Shown in pieces: positions 1 through 10,148 of a DNA stretch of 64,000 bases. The notes under the pieces are model-generated. The model had not been told where the DNA came from. It made no database searches and saw nothing but the letters and a program-made list of their open reading frames with translations. The stretch comes from a virus: the IMG/VR virus record IMGVR_UViG_3300023117_000010, positions 28,174-92,173 of that record; one strand, written 5' to 3'. Position 1 is the first letter of the stretch. Every line of letters begins with the position of its first letter. A program made the position numbers and the translations under genes.

Positions 1-4
1 TAGT

Positions 5-268
5 ATGGCTATTGAGGCAATAGATCGTAGTAACGTCAGCCTGCTTGATGTTAGGGCATCAGAAGTCGTTGAGGATATTCGCGCTTGGTTTACACACCCA
101 GAGGACGATTCATATTCTCTTAGCGATTCTTTTTGGAATCAGGTTGAAACTTTTATTTATGATGAGCAAGATGCTGAAATGCATGAAGCGCAGGAATGGC
201 AGCATGAAATTAGCATGATGAATGCTAGCCGACAGCGCGAACTTGTAGAGGAAATGAGAGGTTGGTAG
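5..268 (+). CDS. hypothetical acidic protein, 87 aa
   Basis: ORF track; tightly packed with next ORF. Confidence 0.65.
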   Translation: MAIEAIDRSNVSLLDVRASEVVEDIRAWFTHPEDDSYSLSDSFWNQVETFIYDEQDAEMHEAQEWQHEISMMNASRQRELVEEMRGW

Positions 269-269
269 T

Positions 270-782
270 ATGTATTTCCCAAAGAAGAGGGTTTCCCTAA
301 ATATTGCAGAGACTTCCTATGTCATGAATGCAATCTATGAACTAATCCATCAGGATAATAAGAATTATCAAATTTCAAGCAATTATCATCAGAGTCTTTT
401 GGACCTATTCAATGGTTGCAAGTATCTTTGGAGCGATCATGAGTGGGAAGTCTATAAGTATGTCGTTACCTTTGAGAAGTCTCAGCGGGGGTGGGAGATA
501 GATCGGGATGCAGAGTGGGAAATCAATATCTTGGATTGCGATTCTATTATATTCACCCTACAGCATACTTTTATGCGAGCATCTAAGGACTTCATCAACG
601 GAGACAAGGATTGTAAAAGGCTGATGGAAGTAATGAGCGAAATCCTCATTCCTCGGTTCACTAATACTTTCAACGATGATGAGTGGAAGTATTATTTTTC
701 TCTAATTGAAGATAATGATTCAGACGATGAAGTTAGTCAGCCACTTGATATTCACAATCAAGATACCCAAGAGGTCAGATAA
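270..782 (+). CDS. hypothetical protein, 170 aa
   Basis: ORF with upstream GAGAGG; operon packing. Confidence 0.7.
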   Translation: MYFPKKRVSLNIAETSYVMNAIYELIHQDNKNYQISSNYHQSLLDLFNGCKYLWSDHEWEVYKYVVTFEKSQRGWEIDRDAEWEINILDCDSIIFTLQHTFMRASKDFINGDKDCKRLMEVMSEILIPRFTNTFNDDEWKYYFSLIEDNDSDDEVSQPLDIHNQDTQEVR

Positions 783-841
783 TGTTTGTTGTTTTTTGTA
801 TCCTGTTTGTTTTGGCACCACTTTTATTTCTAATAAGATAG
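782..841 (+). CDS. putative 19-aa hydrophobic membrane peptide MFVVFCILFVLAPLLFLIR
   Basis: TAATG overlap with upstream stop, GAGG upstream; fills the gap between two ORFs; read by hand. Confidence 0.4.
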   Translation: MFVVFCILFVLAPLLFLIR

Positions 842-849
842 GAGAAGTT

Positions 850-1056
850 ATGAACAATCAAATCTCAATCACTCTCTATGATGGGCGCGTTGCTCATGTT
901 GAGTCAAGAGAAGATGTAAATGTTGTTATTTTTAATTATGGAAATGTAAAAAAGAATAAGTTTTCAAAGAAGAAGTTTGATATCATTTCTATTGAAAATC
1001 ATCATGTTGAAGGAAAGGGTGATGATGCAATTGTAGGAGTTAGTGATGAAATTTGA
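850..1056 (+). CDS. hypothetical protein (MNNQISITL...)
   Basis: ATG at 850 after AGGAGA SD; the longer track ORF from 706 overlaps the upstream gene. Confidence 0.6.
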   Translation: MNNQISITLYDGRVAHVESREDVNVVIFNYGNVKKNKFSKKKFDIISIENHHVEGKGDDAIVGVSDEI

Positions 1057-1264
1057 TGAAGCAATCCCCTGTATGACAATGGGAAACATGGTTTCTAACG
1101 ATTCTCTTACATCTAGTGTCTCAAAATCTAATTCAAGGTGCTATACTTGTGGGTGTAAGGTAAGCATATACAACCCAAGAAAGCGTTGCTTCCCTTGTCG
1201 AAAGAAAGAAGTAGAGATTATTTCTAATTCTATTGATTCTATATTTGAAGGAGGTCAGAAATGA
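1043..1264 (+). CDS. small zinc-finger protein (CxxC..CxxC)
   Basis: CYTC...CFPC; AGGAG SD. Confidence 0.6.
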   Translation: MMKFDEAIPCMTMGNMVSNDSLTSSVSKSNSRCYTCGCKVSIYNPRKRCFPCRKKEVEIISNSIDSIFEGGQK

Positions 1265-1437
1265 CAAAGACGAATTTTGCAGATCCTTATGATGATTTTG
1301 ATGATGAGTTTGTTGAGTGGGTTGCTGAACTGTTGAAAGACTTTGATGATGTTGATAGTTTTTCCGATTACGACAACTCACAGGACGATTTCTTTTGGAT
1401 CAAGGAATTGAAGGGGGTAGACTTTGATGATGAGTGA
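1261..1437 (+). CDS. 58-aa highly acidic protein (possible DNA mimic)
   Basis: GGAGG SD, ATGA overlap with upstream stop; 21 of 58 residues D/E; below ORF track cutoff, translated by hand. Confidence 0.7.
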   Translation: MTKTNFADPYDDFDDEFVEWVAELLKDFDDVDSFSDYDNSQDDFFWIKELKGVDFDDE

Positions 1438-2023
1438 AACTGATCTTTGGTCTGTTATTTATCCCGATGATTATGTTCCCGTTCGTGGAGACACTATTCG
1501 TTATTATGATTTGAATTGGCGTTCTGCTGTAGTCTTGAACTCACAAGATGATGAGGTAACTTTTCTTACTCCTGAAAATAAGACTAGGACATTCAACAAG
1601 AGTAATGTTAAGGTTGCTCACGATATGCGTATGCGACTTCTCGCAATGCTCAACGATGATGATGCTGCAAAGAACCGTCAGCAATTTCTTGATGAGTATA
1701 TTGCTAAGGCAGCAAAGAACGAGAAGAACGCATTGGAGGCCAAGGCAGAAGCCTCTCAGAAGCGTTCTAACGGCAAGGGTAAGGTGGCCCGCATGGAGCC
1801 TAACCGCGCACAAGAAGTCTCACAACTTGTCAAGGCCGTGACAGAACTGATTGAGAAGTCAGACAAGCCTATGTATAAGAACGATATTGTTAATTCTGTC
1901 AAGATGAACCCCACTACCTATTCTCTTGTTATGAAGAAGGTTATCGGAGGCCACAAGATCATTAAGGCTGGCAAGAAGAGGGGAACCAATTATCGCGTTG
2001 CTGGACGCACATACGGCGAGTAA
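1424..2023 (+). CDS. putative DNA-binding protein (N-terminal beta-barrel-like region, C-terminal winged-helix-like region)
   Basis: basic C-terminus ending KIIKAGKKRGTNYRV, typical of a wHTH wing. Confidence 0.5.
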   Translation: MMMSETDLWSVIYPDDYVPVRGDTIRYYDLNWRSAVVLNSQDDEVTFLTPENKTRTFNKSNVKVAHDMRMRLLAMLNDDDAAKNRQQFLDEYIAKAAKNEKNALEAKAEASQKRSNGKGKVARMEPNRAQEVSQLVKAVTELIEKSDKPMYKNDIVNSVKMNPTTYSLVMKKVIGGHKIIKAGKKRGTNYRVAGRTYGE

Positions 2024-2039
2024 ATAAAAGTATAAAATG

Positions 2040-2064
2040 AGAGGGGGAGCAATCCCCCTCTTTT
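2040..2064 (+). terminator. intrinsic terminator
   Basis: GAGGGGGA-GCAA-TCCCCCTC followed by TTTT. Confidence 0.85.
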
Positions 2065-2092
2065 ATGTCATTTTAATTGAGAAGGACTTTAT

Positions 2093-2383
2093 ATGAATTC
2101 AAGTAAAGCAAATCACTTCTATAAAGCATGGGAAAAGTTTGTAGAACTAACAGACTCGGCTTATGCTGATTACGTTGTTGCATCTGACATTGTTAGTCTT
2201 GTAAAGAAACCATCTTTCAATGACCCGACCGTTGATAATAATATTATTGCTGTCCAATATCAGATATACAGCAAACTAAATCAGCGTCTACGTTTTTACA
2301 AAACACGATATAAAACACTAGAGAATACTAGAGATAATGCATTTAAGATATGGATAGAACTCAAAAAGGAGGAAAAGAAATGA
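2093..2383 (+). CDS. hypothetical protein, 96 aa
   Basis: GAAGGA SD; ORF track. Confidence 0.6.
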   Translation: MNSSKANHFYKAWEKFVELTDSAYADYVVASDIVSLVKKPSFNDPTVDNNIIAVQYQIYSKLNQRLRFYKTRYKTLENTRDNAFKIWIELKKEEKK

Positions 2384-2628
2384 GTGAGTCAATTAGAAAC
2401 ATTAATGCTGGAGATACAATTATCTATAAGGGTTTTAGTGAAGAGATAAAGTATTTTGTGACAAATAAAAAGACCACAGAATCTTTTAACCCAAAAAATC
2501 GGGAAGTTAAAATAAGTGGAACTCTTGCTTGCAAGTCTTTAAAAGAAGATTCAATTGATAGATATAATAACTTTTATTGCGTGGCAGATGGTATGATTCC
2601 CAACGTGCAAGTAATTAGACGAGCATAA
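2380..2628 (+). CDS. hypothetical protein (MSESIRN...)
   Basis: AGGAGG SD, ATGA overlap at 2380. Confidence 0.6.
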   Translation: MSESIRNINAGDTIIYKGFSEEIKYFVTNKKTTESFNPKNREVKISGTLACKSLKEDSIDRYNNFYCVADGMIPNVQVIRRA

Positions 2629-3084
2629 TTAACTTAATAATTCATCAGGAGAATCAGGAATAGAGTCTACGAATTCTTGTATAAAACTTTCTTCCTGTTC
2701 ATGTAGTCTTTGTTTGACATTTGTTCTGAACTCTTTAACGAACTGATCGAATTCATCAAAGTTTTCTTTTAGATGATTTATAGATTCAATAATCATTACT
2801 ATTGAGTCTCCAAAGATAGAAACAAGGCGCATCATTTCGCTGCCCGGCTTTGTCTTGGCTATTTCAGACATTTCTTCAGCATCAACTTGCATAATAAATG
2901 AGTCTATCTCTTCTCCAACGCTCATGCAGAGGCGATAGATGCCTTCAGCAACAACAGCACTTGTCTTTTCCATAGACATAGTTTTCGCTTCATCTGAATT
3001 AGCCTTGACAAACATCATAAACTGTTCTTGATTTAGTGGGCCAATTTGTGGTTCACTATCTTCGTTTTGAAAATCATCATTCAT
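2629..3084 (-). CDS. hypothetical acidic helical protein
   Basis: ORF; start MNDDFQ after GAGGA. Confidence 0.65.
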   Translation of the reverse strand: MNDDFQNEDSEPQIGPLNQEQFMMFVKANSDEAKTMSMEKTSAVVAEGIYRLCMSVGEEIDSFIMQVDAEEMSEIAKTKPGSEMMRLVSIFGDSIVMIIESINHLKENFDEFDQFVKEFRTNVKQRLHEQEESFIQEFVDSIPDSPDELLS

Positions 3085-3355
3085 AATTCTGTTCCTCACT
3101 TATTTCTAAATTAACCATTAGACTTTCTATTTGTTGATTTATTATCCCAACATTGTCAAGTATAACTTCTTTTATTCTTTCTGTTTCTGCTGTTGCAAGC
3201 CTTCTCATGGCTTCATCCCTTTGGATAAATAGATTGATTAGTTGAGAATATATGAACAACTTGTTCTCAATAATTTCTTTTTTTTCTGAAACTTCTATCA
3301 ATCTATTCCAAAGATGTTCAGCAGTATAGAACCGCCAAGGATTATCTTCTGACAT
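3077..3355 (-). CDS. hypothetical protein, 92 aa
   Basis: ORF track; operon packing. Confidence 0.6.
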   Translation of the reverse strand: MSEDNPWRFYTAEHLWNRLIEVSEKKEIIENKLFIYSQLINLFIQRDEAMRRLATAETERIKEVILDNVGIINQQIESLMVNLEISEEQNYE

Positions 3356-3619
3356 TTACTTTAAGAATTCGTTATTCTCATTCCAATGTTGTTTTTCTTG
3401 ATCAGAACGAGAAGCAAGTTTATATAAATCACCATCTGACTTTTCGGAAGCCCAAATAGAAAGACCCTTCTTCTTTGTCTTGGCGATTACATGAAGTTTA
3501 TCTCCCTTGATATGACACTTACCGGGGATATGCCTTTCGTCTGCCTGCCAAGCACTTCTGTTCATCCATCCCTTTAACTCTTCTTCTGGGTTCCTACCTT
3601 CTCCCATAGGTTCCATCAT
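3356..3619 (-). CDS. hypothetical protein (MMEPMGEG...)
   Basis: start 1 nt after thyX stop; the track extension to 3934 overlaps thyX. Confidence 0.6.
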   Translation of the reverse strand: MMEPMGEGRNPEEELKGWMNRSAWQADERHIPGKCHIKGDKLHVIAKTKKKGLSIWASEKSDGDLYKLASRSDQEKQHWNENNEFLK

Positions 3620-3620
3620 A

Positions 3621-4475
3621 TTACCCACGTTCTTCCTCCTTAAATATGTGAGGCGCAATTCTTGCGAGGCGCGATTGTACAATTCTTGCGACTTCTTGGA
3701 AGGTTGCGTCTGCTTCCGGTGTATTTCTTTTTTGTAGATACTCGTACCATGATCGGAAGTTTCCTGTGACCACGATTTTAGTTTCTGTACATTCTGGTAA
3801 TATTGCTCTGGCTGCTTCTCTACTCTTCTTTTTGAGAGAAAAAGACTCCGTACCAATAAGGTTATAAAGATCATTAAGTTTACCAAAATACTTCTTGCCC
3901 AAACTTTCCCCATATTCATGAAACTCCTGTTCAATATCTTTTTCTTCCCACAAAGCAGGAGGGATAACTAACTCAACCTTGTCTGGAACATAAAACCTTT
4001 GAGACAACTGAGAATAATTGAAATGACGATGCCTTACTTGTTCATGGCTCCAAAATCTAGGAACACGATCAAAATATAATGTAACACTTGAATGCTCTAG
4101 AATAGAGTAATGACCAACTTCCATAATATGCTCTAGATATTCAGAAGCACTTTTGCGTCCTGCCTTGTCCCCAAAGGATTGATAACAAACCCTTCCGGCA
4201 AATACAGGAACCTGCTCTTCTAGAGTGGCATCATATTCAATGCTATGATCAAACTCTGCCGACAACTGTTTAAAAGATGAAGGGATTTCATTTAGATCCC
4301 AATAAGGTCTTGAAGTTTGAATAGGAACAATTCTAGGATGCCCCATAAAGATTCTAGAATATTTTCCTTCAATAACAGTTCTATATGTTATAGGACTTGT
4401 ATCTGAATAAATATCTGATTCAATATGTTTAGAATAATTCAGTTTTTTATTATTAATGAACTTATCCCAAATCAA
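3621..4475 (-). CDS. thyX: flavin-dependent thymidylate synthase
   Basis: AGRVCYQS, GHYSILEH, RHRHFNYSQLSQR (RHR-x7-S motif), AARAILP, TGNFRSW. Confidence 0.93.
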   Translation of the reverse strand: MIWDKFINNKKLNYSKHIESDIYSDTSPITYRTVIEGKYSRIFMGHPRIVPIQTSRPYWDLNEIPSSFKQLSAEFDHSIEYDATLEEQVPVFAGRVCYQSFGDKAGRKSASEYLEHIMEVGHYSILEHSSVTLYFDRVPRFWSHEQVRHRHFNYSQLSQRFYVPDKVELVIPPALWEEKDIEQEFHEYGESLGKKYFGKLNDLYNLIGTESFSLKKKSREAARAILPECTETKIVVTGNFRSWYEYLQKRNTPEADATFQEVARIVQSRLARIAPHIFKEEERG

Positions 4476-4744
4476 AATGGCCTCCTATCGCCACATTTAG
4501 AACAACGAGTTAAATAATGTCTGTGTGGTCCAGCACAGTCCTCTCTGTTACAAAACCATTCTTCTTTAGGTAGAGCATCTTTACCAAAATTACGGGGAGC
4601 AACATTAGAAAAGAATTTACCTTCCATAATCTTGCGAGAATGCATATCTGTTCCAAGATATTTCAAAGGACCATTAGTAGTTCCTTCTGGAATACCATCC
4701 CTAACAGGATCTATGTCTCTTACTCTAATCTCTTTATCACTCAT
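4472..4744 (-). CDS. zinc-ribbon protein
   Basis: WFCxxxxC...RCSKCG C-terminus (RanBP2-like pattern). Confidence 0.55.
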   Translation of the reverse strand: MSDKEIRVRDIDPVRDGIPEGTTNGPLKYLGTDMHSRKIMEGKFFSNVAPRNFGKDALPKEEWFCNREDCAGPHRHYLTRCSKCGDRRPF

Positions 4745-4753
4745 CTTAATTCC

Positions 4754-5014
4754 TTATGGTGAAATAATTTTAGGGTCTGCGCCTACTCCTTGCATCAATG
4801 AAGCAATTTGACTTAACACAAATGAAAGATTTGCAACACTTGAAAATCTTCCAGCAAGGTTTATTGCTTCATCAACAGTAAGAAATACTTCGCTCTTATT
4901 ATTATTTATATCTGTAACCATAAGCCTTACACCTAATCCGTACAGAGGATGTTCTGTAATGCCTACGGAAACGTTTTTACCGCCTAACTCTTCCTTGTTC
5001 TCTTCTTCTGACAT
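4754..5014 (-). CDS. hypothetical protein, 86 aa
   Basis: ORF with AAAGGT SD. Confidence 0.6.
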   Translation of the reverse strand: MSEEENKEELGGKNVSVGITEHPLYGLGVRLMVTDINNNKSEVFLTVDEAINLAGRFSSVANLSFVLSQIASLMQGVGADPKIISP

Positions 5015-5026
5015 ATTTACCTTTCT

Positions 5027-5251
5027 TTATATCTGCCAAGGCTTGCTTGAAAACAATTCCAACTGATTGTCAAAAACAACATCTGGATAAACAGCCTCTT
5101 CTTTTATTGTATCAAATTTTTCACCATCTGACCTTGCTCTTACACCATATTCATCTATAATAACTTCAATACGGTCTGTGGCATCTACAGTCAAGTGATG
5201 AGGTAGTTCATCATCTAATTGATTATCAACAACAATATTTATTCTACGCAT
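5027..5251 (-). CDS. hypothetical protein
   Basis: start MRRINI after GGAGAGG. Confidence 0.55.
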   Translation of the reverse strand: MRRINIVVDNQLDDELPHHLTVDATDRIEVIIDEYGVRARSDGEKFDTIKEEAVYPDVVFDNQLELFSSKPWQI

Positions 5252-5630
5252 AATCCTCTCCAACATTTCTCCAAAATTGGAATACCGAACTTAAAAGGCC
5301 AGCGCGAATAGCAGCGGCAACTGCTTCGGCTGGCACACCAATTGACATATATTCTTCAATTTCATTTATACTAATTTGTTCTACTGATTCTTTATCTTTT
5401 ATTCTTGTCAAGAGTTGAACAAAGATAATATCTTCTTGTTCTTCTGTCCTATGAAAAACAACACCCTGAGTACCTAGTGCAGAAGCAAAATCTACAAACC
5501 ATTTTTCTTCAGGATTGTTTTCATAAATCTCTTTTTGTCTTTCTAGTTGTAATTCATTAAATTGACTTCTAAACTCATGAACCATTTCTGGATCAAACAT
5601 TTTATCGAATTCATTTCCATCTATAGACAT
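5244..5630 (-). CDS. hypothetical protein, 128 aa
   Basis: ORF track. Confidence 0.6.
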   Translation of the reverse strand: MSIDGNEFDKMFDPEMVHEFRSQFNELQLERQKEIYENNPEEKWFVDFASALGTQGVVFHRTEEQEDIIFVQLLTRIKDKESVEQISINEIEEYMSIGVPAEAVAAAIRAGLLSSVFQFWRNVGEDYA

Positions 5631-5656
5631 TGTAAGTACCTAGATAAATAATTGAA

Positions 5657-6223
5657 TCAATCCATAATATCCTCAACTATTTTAATTGCCCTTTCTTTTA
5701 ACTGCTCCAAAGAACCATCGTTTACCAATTCATAATCAACAAAGTAGTTATTTAAACTGTTCTCTGAAACATGATTGTCAATATTTTGTAGATCAGGTCT
5801 TTTTAAACTAACTATCTTCCCACCTAGTTCTCTAATTCTTAACGCTTCATTAGAAAAACGAACATCAGTAATGATCCACAATTTATTATTATGAGATTTT
5901 ATTCCTCTTTTATTAGGGCGAGGCAAAACTTTATCTACCCAAAAATCTTCACCAAAGATTTCTCTATGTGCTTCGGTTCCATATCTTTGAGCAAAACTTC
6001 TCCAAGTATATGAATGTTCGTAGTTTTCACTTTCAACTTTAAACATTGCGCCTTCTCTTTTTAGAATATCAATTTCTCTAACTGAAATTCCAAACAGAGC
6101 CGCTAGACTTTCTTTAATCTTATCTGCAAAAGCAAATCTAATTGCATCAGGATACTCTGACTGTATTAAATTATACACAGTATCTTTTCCTGCTCTTTGC
6201 ACCCCATGCAATCCGATTATCAT
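5657..6223 (-). CDS. deoxynucleoside monophosphate kinase
   Basis: MIIGLHGxxxAGKDT, FADKIK, Q.YGTE..R, IITDVRF.NE, HVSE motifs of phage dNMP kinases. Confidence 0.9.
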   Translation of the reverse strand: MIIGLHGVQRAGKDTVYNLIQSEYPDAIRFAFADKIKESLAALFGISVREIDILKREGAMFKVESENYEHSYTWRSFAQRYGTEAHREIFGEDFWVDKVLPRPNKRGIKSHNNKLWIITDVRFSNEALRIRELGGKIVSLKRPDLQNIDNHVSENSLNNYFVDYELVNDGSLEQLKERAIKIVEDIMD

Positions 6224-6492
6224 TCTTCGCTCTCACCCGCAGTCATGTTCTCATAAAAGTCATCAATTTCATTCTGAATAGATTGTTCAGCATGAACCCT
6301 AAGTTCTTCTTCAATCTCTGCACGACGAACACGAACATACTCATCATAAGTTACTTGATCCTCTGGATCATCAGGTCTAGGAGCCAAAGGCTCTTCGTGC
6401 CCAAATGTCCTTGAAAAAACAACATTCTCATACTGATTACGAGGATTTGTAACCTTTGAAGTTAACCCAACACTAACTTTAATAACTGTCAT
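6220..6492 (-). CDS. hypothetical protein, 90 aa
   Basis: ORF track. Confidence 0.6.
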   Translation of the reverse strand: MTVIKVSVGLTSKVTNPRNQYENVVFSRTFGHEEPLAPRPDDPEDQVTYDEYVRVRRAEIEEELRVHAEQSIQNEIDDFYENMTAGESEE

Positions 6493-6498
6493 TTTTAC

Positions 6499-6708
6499 TT
6501 ATCCTTTGTTTACAGCAATAGCAAGACTATTAAAATTATCTGACTTAATTGAATCTTCTGCGTGGGAAACAATCTTTTTTACAATATCATCTGAAATTGG
6601 ATTCCCTTGCATATCGTAAACTGTAATACAGACAGAACGAGGGTACTGTTTGTATGCTGTCCAACCTTCGTTCTTACGACGCTTACGATTATTGTTATTA
6701 TTACTCAC
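6499..6708 (-). CDS. hypothetical protein, 69 aa
   Basis: GTG start after AGGAG. Confidence 0.6.
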   Translation of the reverse strand: MSNNNNNRKRRKNEGWTAYKQYPRSVCITVYDMQGNPISDDIVKKIVSHAEDSIKSDNFNSLAIAVNKG

Positions 6709-6716
6709 TATAACTC

Positions 6717-8015
6717 CTAACTAATTGAACCGAGATTAATACGTTCGAAAGATGTAATACCATGACGCCGATTAATAGTAATAAGCGCCTGTTGTGCCTC
6801 ATCGCCAGCATGCATTGTATCGAATGCATACTCATCTGGCCCCTTAATAGAACCATTGACAATAAGATCACACCCACGACCGGGCCACCAAAGCAATTGG
6901 TGGAAATGCCCCATCATGAGCATATCTACGGGAGGCATTCCAAGACTCTTAAGACCTTCTTGGAATGCCGCCCGCTTTCTCGCAAGACCGTAAAACGGAA
7001 TGCCTGCGAAACTTGTAGACTTATATCCATCGCCATGAGTGAACCCAACCTTGTGTCCCTCAATGTCGTGAACATAAATCAAATCCTTTGGTACGATAAC
7101 TTTTACATTATCAATATCACGGACAATGGCCTTAACCATTTCACCCATGATATATTCTAGGTTATCATACTTTCGCTTATGGCGTGGCTTCTTTGTTAAG
7201 CGTGGGTGATTACCGGGCATAACAATAACCTCAACCTCTGGAAAGTTCTCAGAAAGCGAACCAATAACATCAACCATCAGATGCGCCATGCGAACTAGTT
7301 GATCTGAAACAGGAGACTCATTTGATTCAGCCAACTCTTCATGAATATTACCACTAATCATATCGCCAAGAAACACAGCGACAATCTTATTGATTGGATG
7401 ATCTTGACTGTTAAGTTGACGAAAACGTATAATTTTCTGAGTAAGAAACTCTATACGACGCTCACAAACATCCATGTTATATCTAATGTCATACATATCT
7501 ACAGTCTCTCCGTAATGAGCATCGGAGATAAGCGCAACCATCGTGTGTGGGTCATCACCTTCTGTTGGAGAAGGACCGGCTCTAAAGATTGGTTCATAAG
7601 GATTAGTTTCCATAGCACCGATTATCTTTTGAGCGACACGATCATCTGCATCTAAGACTGATTCATAATCTTTAATAAGTTTAACAGAACGCTTTATGTC
7701 AGTTGACTGTCTAAGCAGTTCACGGTTTGCTTCAACTAACTCACGACGCAAACGATCTTGTTCTGTATCTTCATTATTAAGACGCCTATTAGCAGAAGCA
7801 ATAGGAGACTTATTTACATCAAATGTATAAATCTCACTATCCCAACGATCAATAGCCCTGCGAACAGAACGCTCTGACGTTGAAATGCCATAACGATCAA
7901 CAAGAAGCCGCGCAATAGCAGTCATTCCCATTCCGGCTAGGTGAGCATCTATGATGATATCTTTGAAATCATCAAGAGGCGAACCTGACACACCTGAAGG
8001 TTCATTAGTACCCAT
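6717..8015 (-). CDS. calcineurin-like metallophosphoesterase with N-terminal HTH and coiled coil
   Basis: SDAHYG, LGDMISG, PGNH, THGD, GHFH motifs. Confidence 0.88.
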   Translation of the reverse strand: MGTNEPSGVSGSPLDDFKDIIIDAHLAGMGMTAIARLLVDRYGISTSERSVRRAIDRWDSEIYTFDVNKSPIASANRRLNNEDTEQDRLRRELVEANRELLRQSTDIKRSVKLIKDYESVLDADDRVAQKIIGAMETNPYEPIFRAGPSPTEGDDPHTMVALISDAHYGETVDMYDIRYNMDVCERRIEFLTQKIIRFRQLNSQDHPINKIVAVFLGDMISGNIHEELAESNESPVSDQLVRMAHLMVDVIGSLSENFPEVEVIVMPGNHPRLTKKPRHKRKYDNLEYIMGEMVKAIVRDIDNVKVIVPKDLIYVHDIEGHKVGFTHGDGYKSTSFAGIPFYGLARKRAAFQEGLKSLGMPPVDMLMMGHFHQLLWWPGRGCDLIVNGSIKGPDEYAFDTMHAGDEAQQALITINRRHGITSFERINLGSIS

Positions 8016-8024
8016 TAAAACTCC

Positions 8025-10145
8025 TTACTCGTTTGTGTTATTAGTTTCTTCTTGAGGTTTTTCGGGTTTTATATCTTCTCTAATTAAAGAAATTTTCTTA
8101 GAATTCTTAGGTAGATTTAACTTCTCTACCAATCTTCCTTCTTTTTCTTCAACGACTTTACTCATACTAGATCTACCACCGGGAGGTTGAATCGGAGTTC
8201 TTTCATTAGAAATTTCTGGCATTCCACCCGGAGTTGTTGACATAGGTGCTGCTGCTGGAGGTAATCCACCCGGCTCTGGAGGCATCTCAATACCCATAGG
8301 ACCAGAGACAGGACCAGCCTGACCCATATCACCCATCATAGCATCCATTCCCATTTGATTCAAGCCCTGATCCATTGCGGGGAATTCATTTGGATCTAAT
8401 CCAGCATTTGGATCAAGTCCTGCTGCCATAATTTCTTGTAATAGATCCGCAGGGATAGGTAGGTTCTTAGCCTTAAGTAATCTGTAAATCTTAACTTTGG
8501 CTTCTTGTTGTGCAACTGTCTTTTCAATTGCTTCTTCTTCAAATTTAGCAAGTTCTTCTTTGAATGTATAGGGCAAGCCAACCATGAATGTTTGATCTGA
8601 TATTGGAACACCAGAAGACTTGAGTTGTGCAAGGAATTGACGTTGAGTTGCTTCATCACGAAGATCAAGAACTTTCATATTAATCTCTGGAATGAGCAAT
8701 TTGTGTCTTTCAACAACCATGATGTTTCCTTCTTCATCATATTCAACATGCTCTTCCATTATTGGGACTCTAGTATCTCCGCGTTGTTCATAGTCATAAT
8801 GTTCATTTGCTTCAGCAACAACTCTTGCTCTTTCCATAAAATGTCTTTTTAGGAAGTTTTGGTATGTGCGGAGAATTTGATTTAAGAACTCAGCCTGCAA
8901 TGCTGAAGATGCGTATGGTTGAGAATTAGAACCAGCAGATAGTAGACTTGGATTAACTCCAAACAACTGCATCAATCTACGCTCAATACGATCAAAATCC
9001 TCGCCTAGATTTGGCATTTGTTCACGACCAAATACGTTTTGAATATCTACTCCAAAGTGGTGAACAAGAACTCGGAAATCAGAAGCAAGAGCGATATCAA
9101 TATCATCACGGAATGCTTCACACTCATCTGGACCGGGCATCCACGGCACACCATCACCGATATCTTGAACACCCAACTTAGCAAGAATCAGCGGAGAATA
9201 AAGACGTTCAGCAATAGCATCCTGTGAAGCCATTAACTTCTCTTCATGGATAAGTGTACGCAATCCTCTTAACAGAAGCGGAGTGCCATGAACATCCCAA
9301 TCATTAATTTTAAATGCTACTTGCTTCATAAGAATATTAGAAACAGGAATGTTTTCATTCTTAGTAAGATAAGGGATTAGTTCCGGCCAATCTCTTTCAA
9401 GAGTAGTATAATCTTGAGTAGGGCTTTTCTTTGTTGCTAGTTCTCTTAAGAATTCAGGAGGCTTAATCTCAAACTGTTGAGTACCAAGAAGCGGATATTG
9501 TTTAAGAACAACATCTTCTGGGTTAATCAGTTCTTCCCTTTCCCAAATACCTAAAGTATCATTAAAAGATCCTAGCGGGAAAGCCTGTCCTACGGTCCAG
9601 TATTCACGACCCATTCGTACAAGAAACTCTTGGTAATCAAGACGGTCAAAGAAAAGATCTTCATACCATTGAGTAAGTTTTGGATCTTTTGATGTTAGTT
9701 CAATTCCTACTAGGGGGAATCTAGTAAAAATATCAATAAGAATAGGAACTAAGTAGTGTGTCATATAATACAGACGCAACCACTGATACAATTTACGACG
9801 GTGAGTATCGTTTTGAATATTCCACGGAATCCCAGAAAGTTCCCAATACTCTACAGGATCATAGAAACGAGGGATAGCAGCAATATAATCACCACCACCG
9901 GCTGCTGTCTTTTGAACAGAAGATACTCTTCGATTGCGAGCAAATTCAGAGGCAAGCGCTCTATTAGCCCTCATATCTCCAATTGTTGCTTGGAGTCCAT
10001 CTGGGCCGTTTGGGTCACTTCCTGCAAGGTTATAAGCCTCCCAAGCAGCCATTTTCTTACGAATATCATGCTTGGGAAGCGTACCACCTAATTCTTTAAT
10101 TACTCTTGCTTGCTCTTCTGGAGTTAATTTAGGGAATTCTGGCAT
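8025..10145 (-). CDS. portal protein
   Basis: size, position near terminase, WDVHGTPLLLRGLR and ERLYSPLILAKLG segments resembling Bxz1-type portals; Pro/Gly/Met-rich tail. Confidence 0.75.
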   Translation of the reverse strand: MPEFPKLTPEEQARVIKELGGTLPKHDIRKKMAAWEAYNLAGSDPNGPDGLQATIGDMRANRALASEFARNRRVSSVQKTAAGGGDYIAAIPRFYDPVEYWELSGIPWNIQNDTHRRKLYQWLRLYYMTHYLVPILIDIFTRFPLVGIELTSKDPKLTQWYEDLFFDRLDYQEFLVRMGREYWTVGQAFPLGSFNDTLGIWEREELINPEDVVLKQYPLLGTQQFEIKPPEFLRELATKKSPTQDYTTLERDWPELIPYLTKNENIPVSNILMKQVAFKINDWDVHGTPLLLRGLRTLIHEEKLMASQDAIAERLYSPLILAKLGVQDIGDGVPWMPGPDECEAFRDDIDIALASDFRVLVHHFGVDIQNVFGREQMPNLGEDFDRIERRLMQLFGVNPSLLSAGSNSQPYASSALQAEFLNQILRTYQNFLKRHFMERARVVAEANEHYDYEQRGDTRVPIMEEHVEYDEEGNIMVVERHKLLIPEINMKVLDLRDEATQRQFLAQLKSSGVPISDQTFMVGLPYTFKEELAKFEEEAIEKTVAQQEAKVKIYRLLKAKNLPIPADLLQEIMAAGLDPNAGLDPNEFPAMDQGLNQMGMDAMMGDMGQAGPVSGPMGIEMPPEPGGLPPAAAPMSTTPGGMPEISNERTPIQPPGGRSSMSKVVEEKEGRLVEKLNLPKNSKKISLIREDIKPEKPQEETNNTNE

Positions 10146-10148
10146 CTA

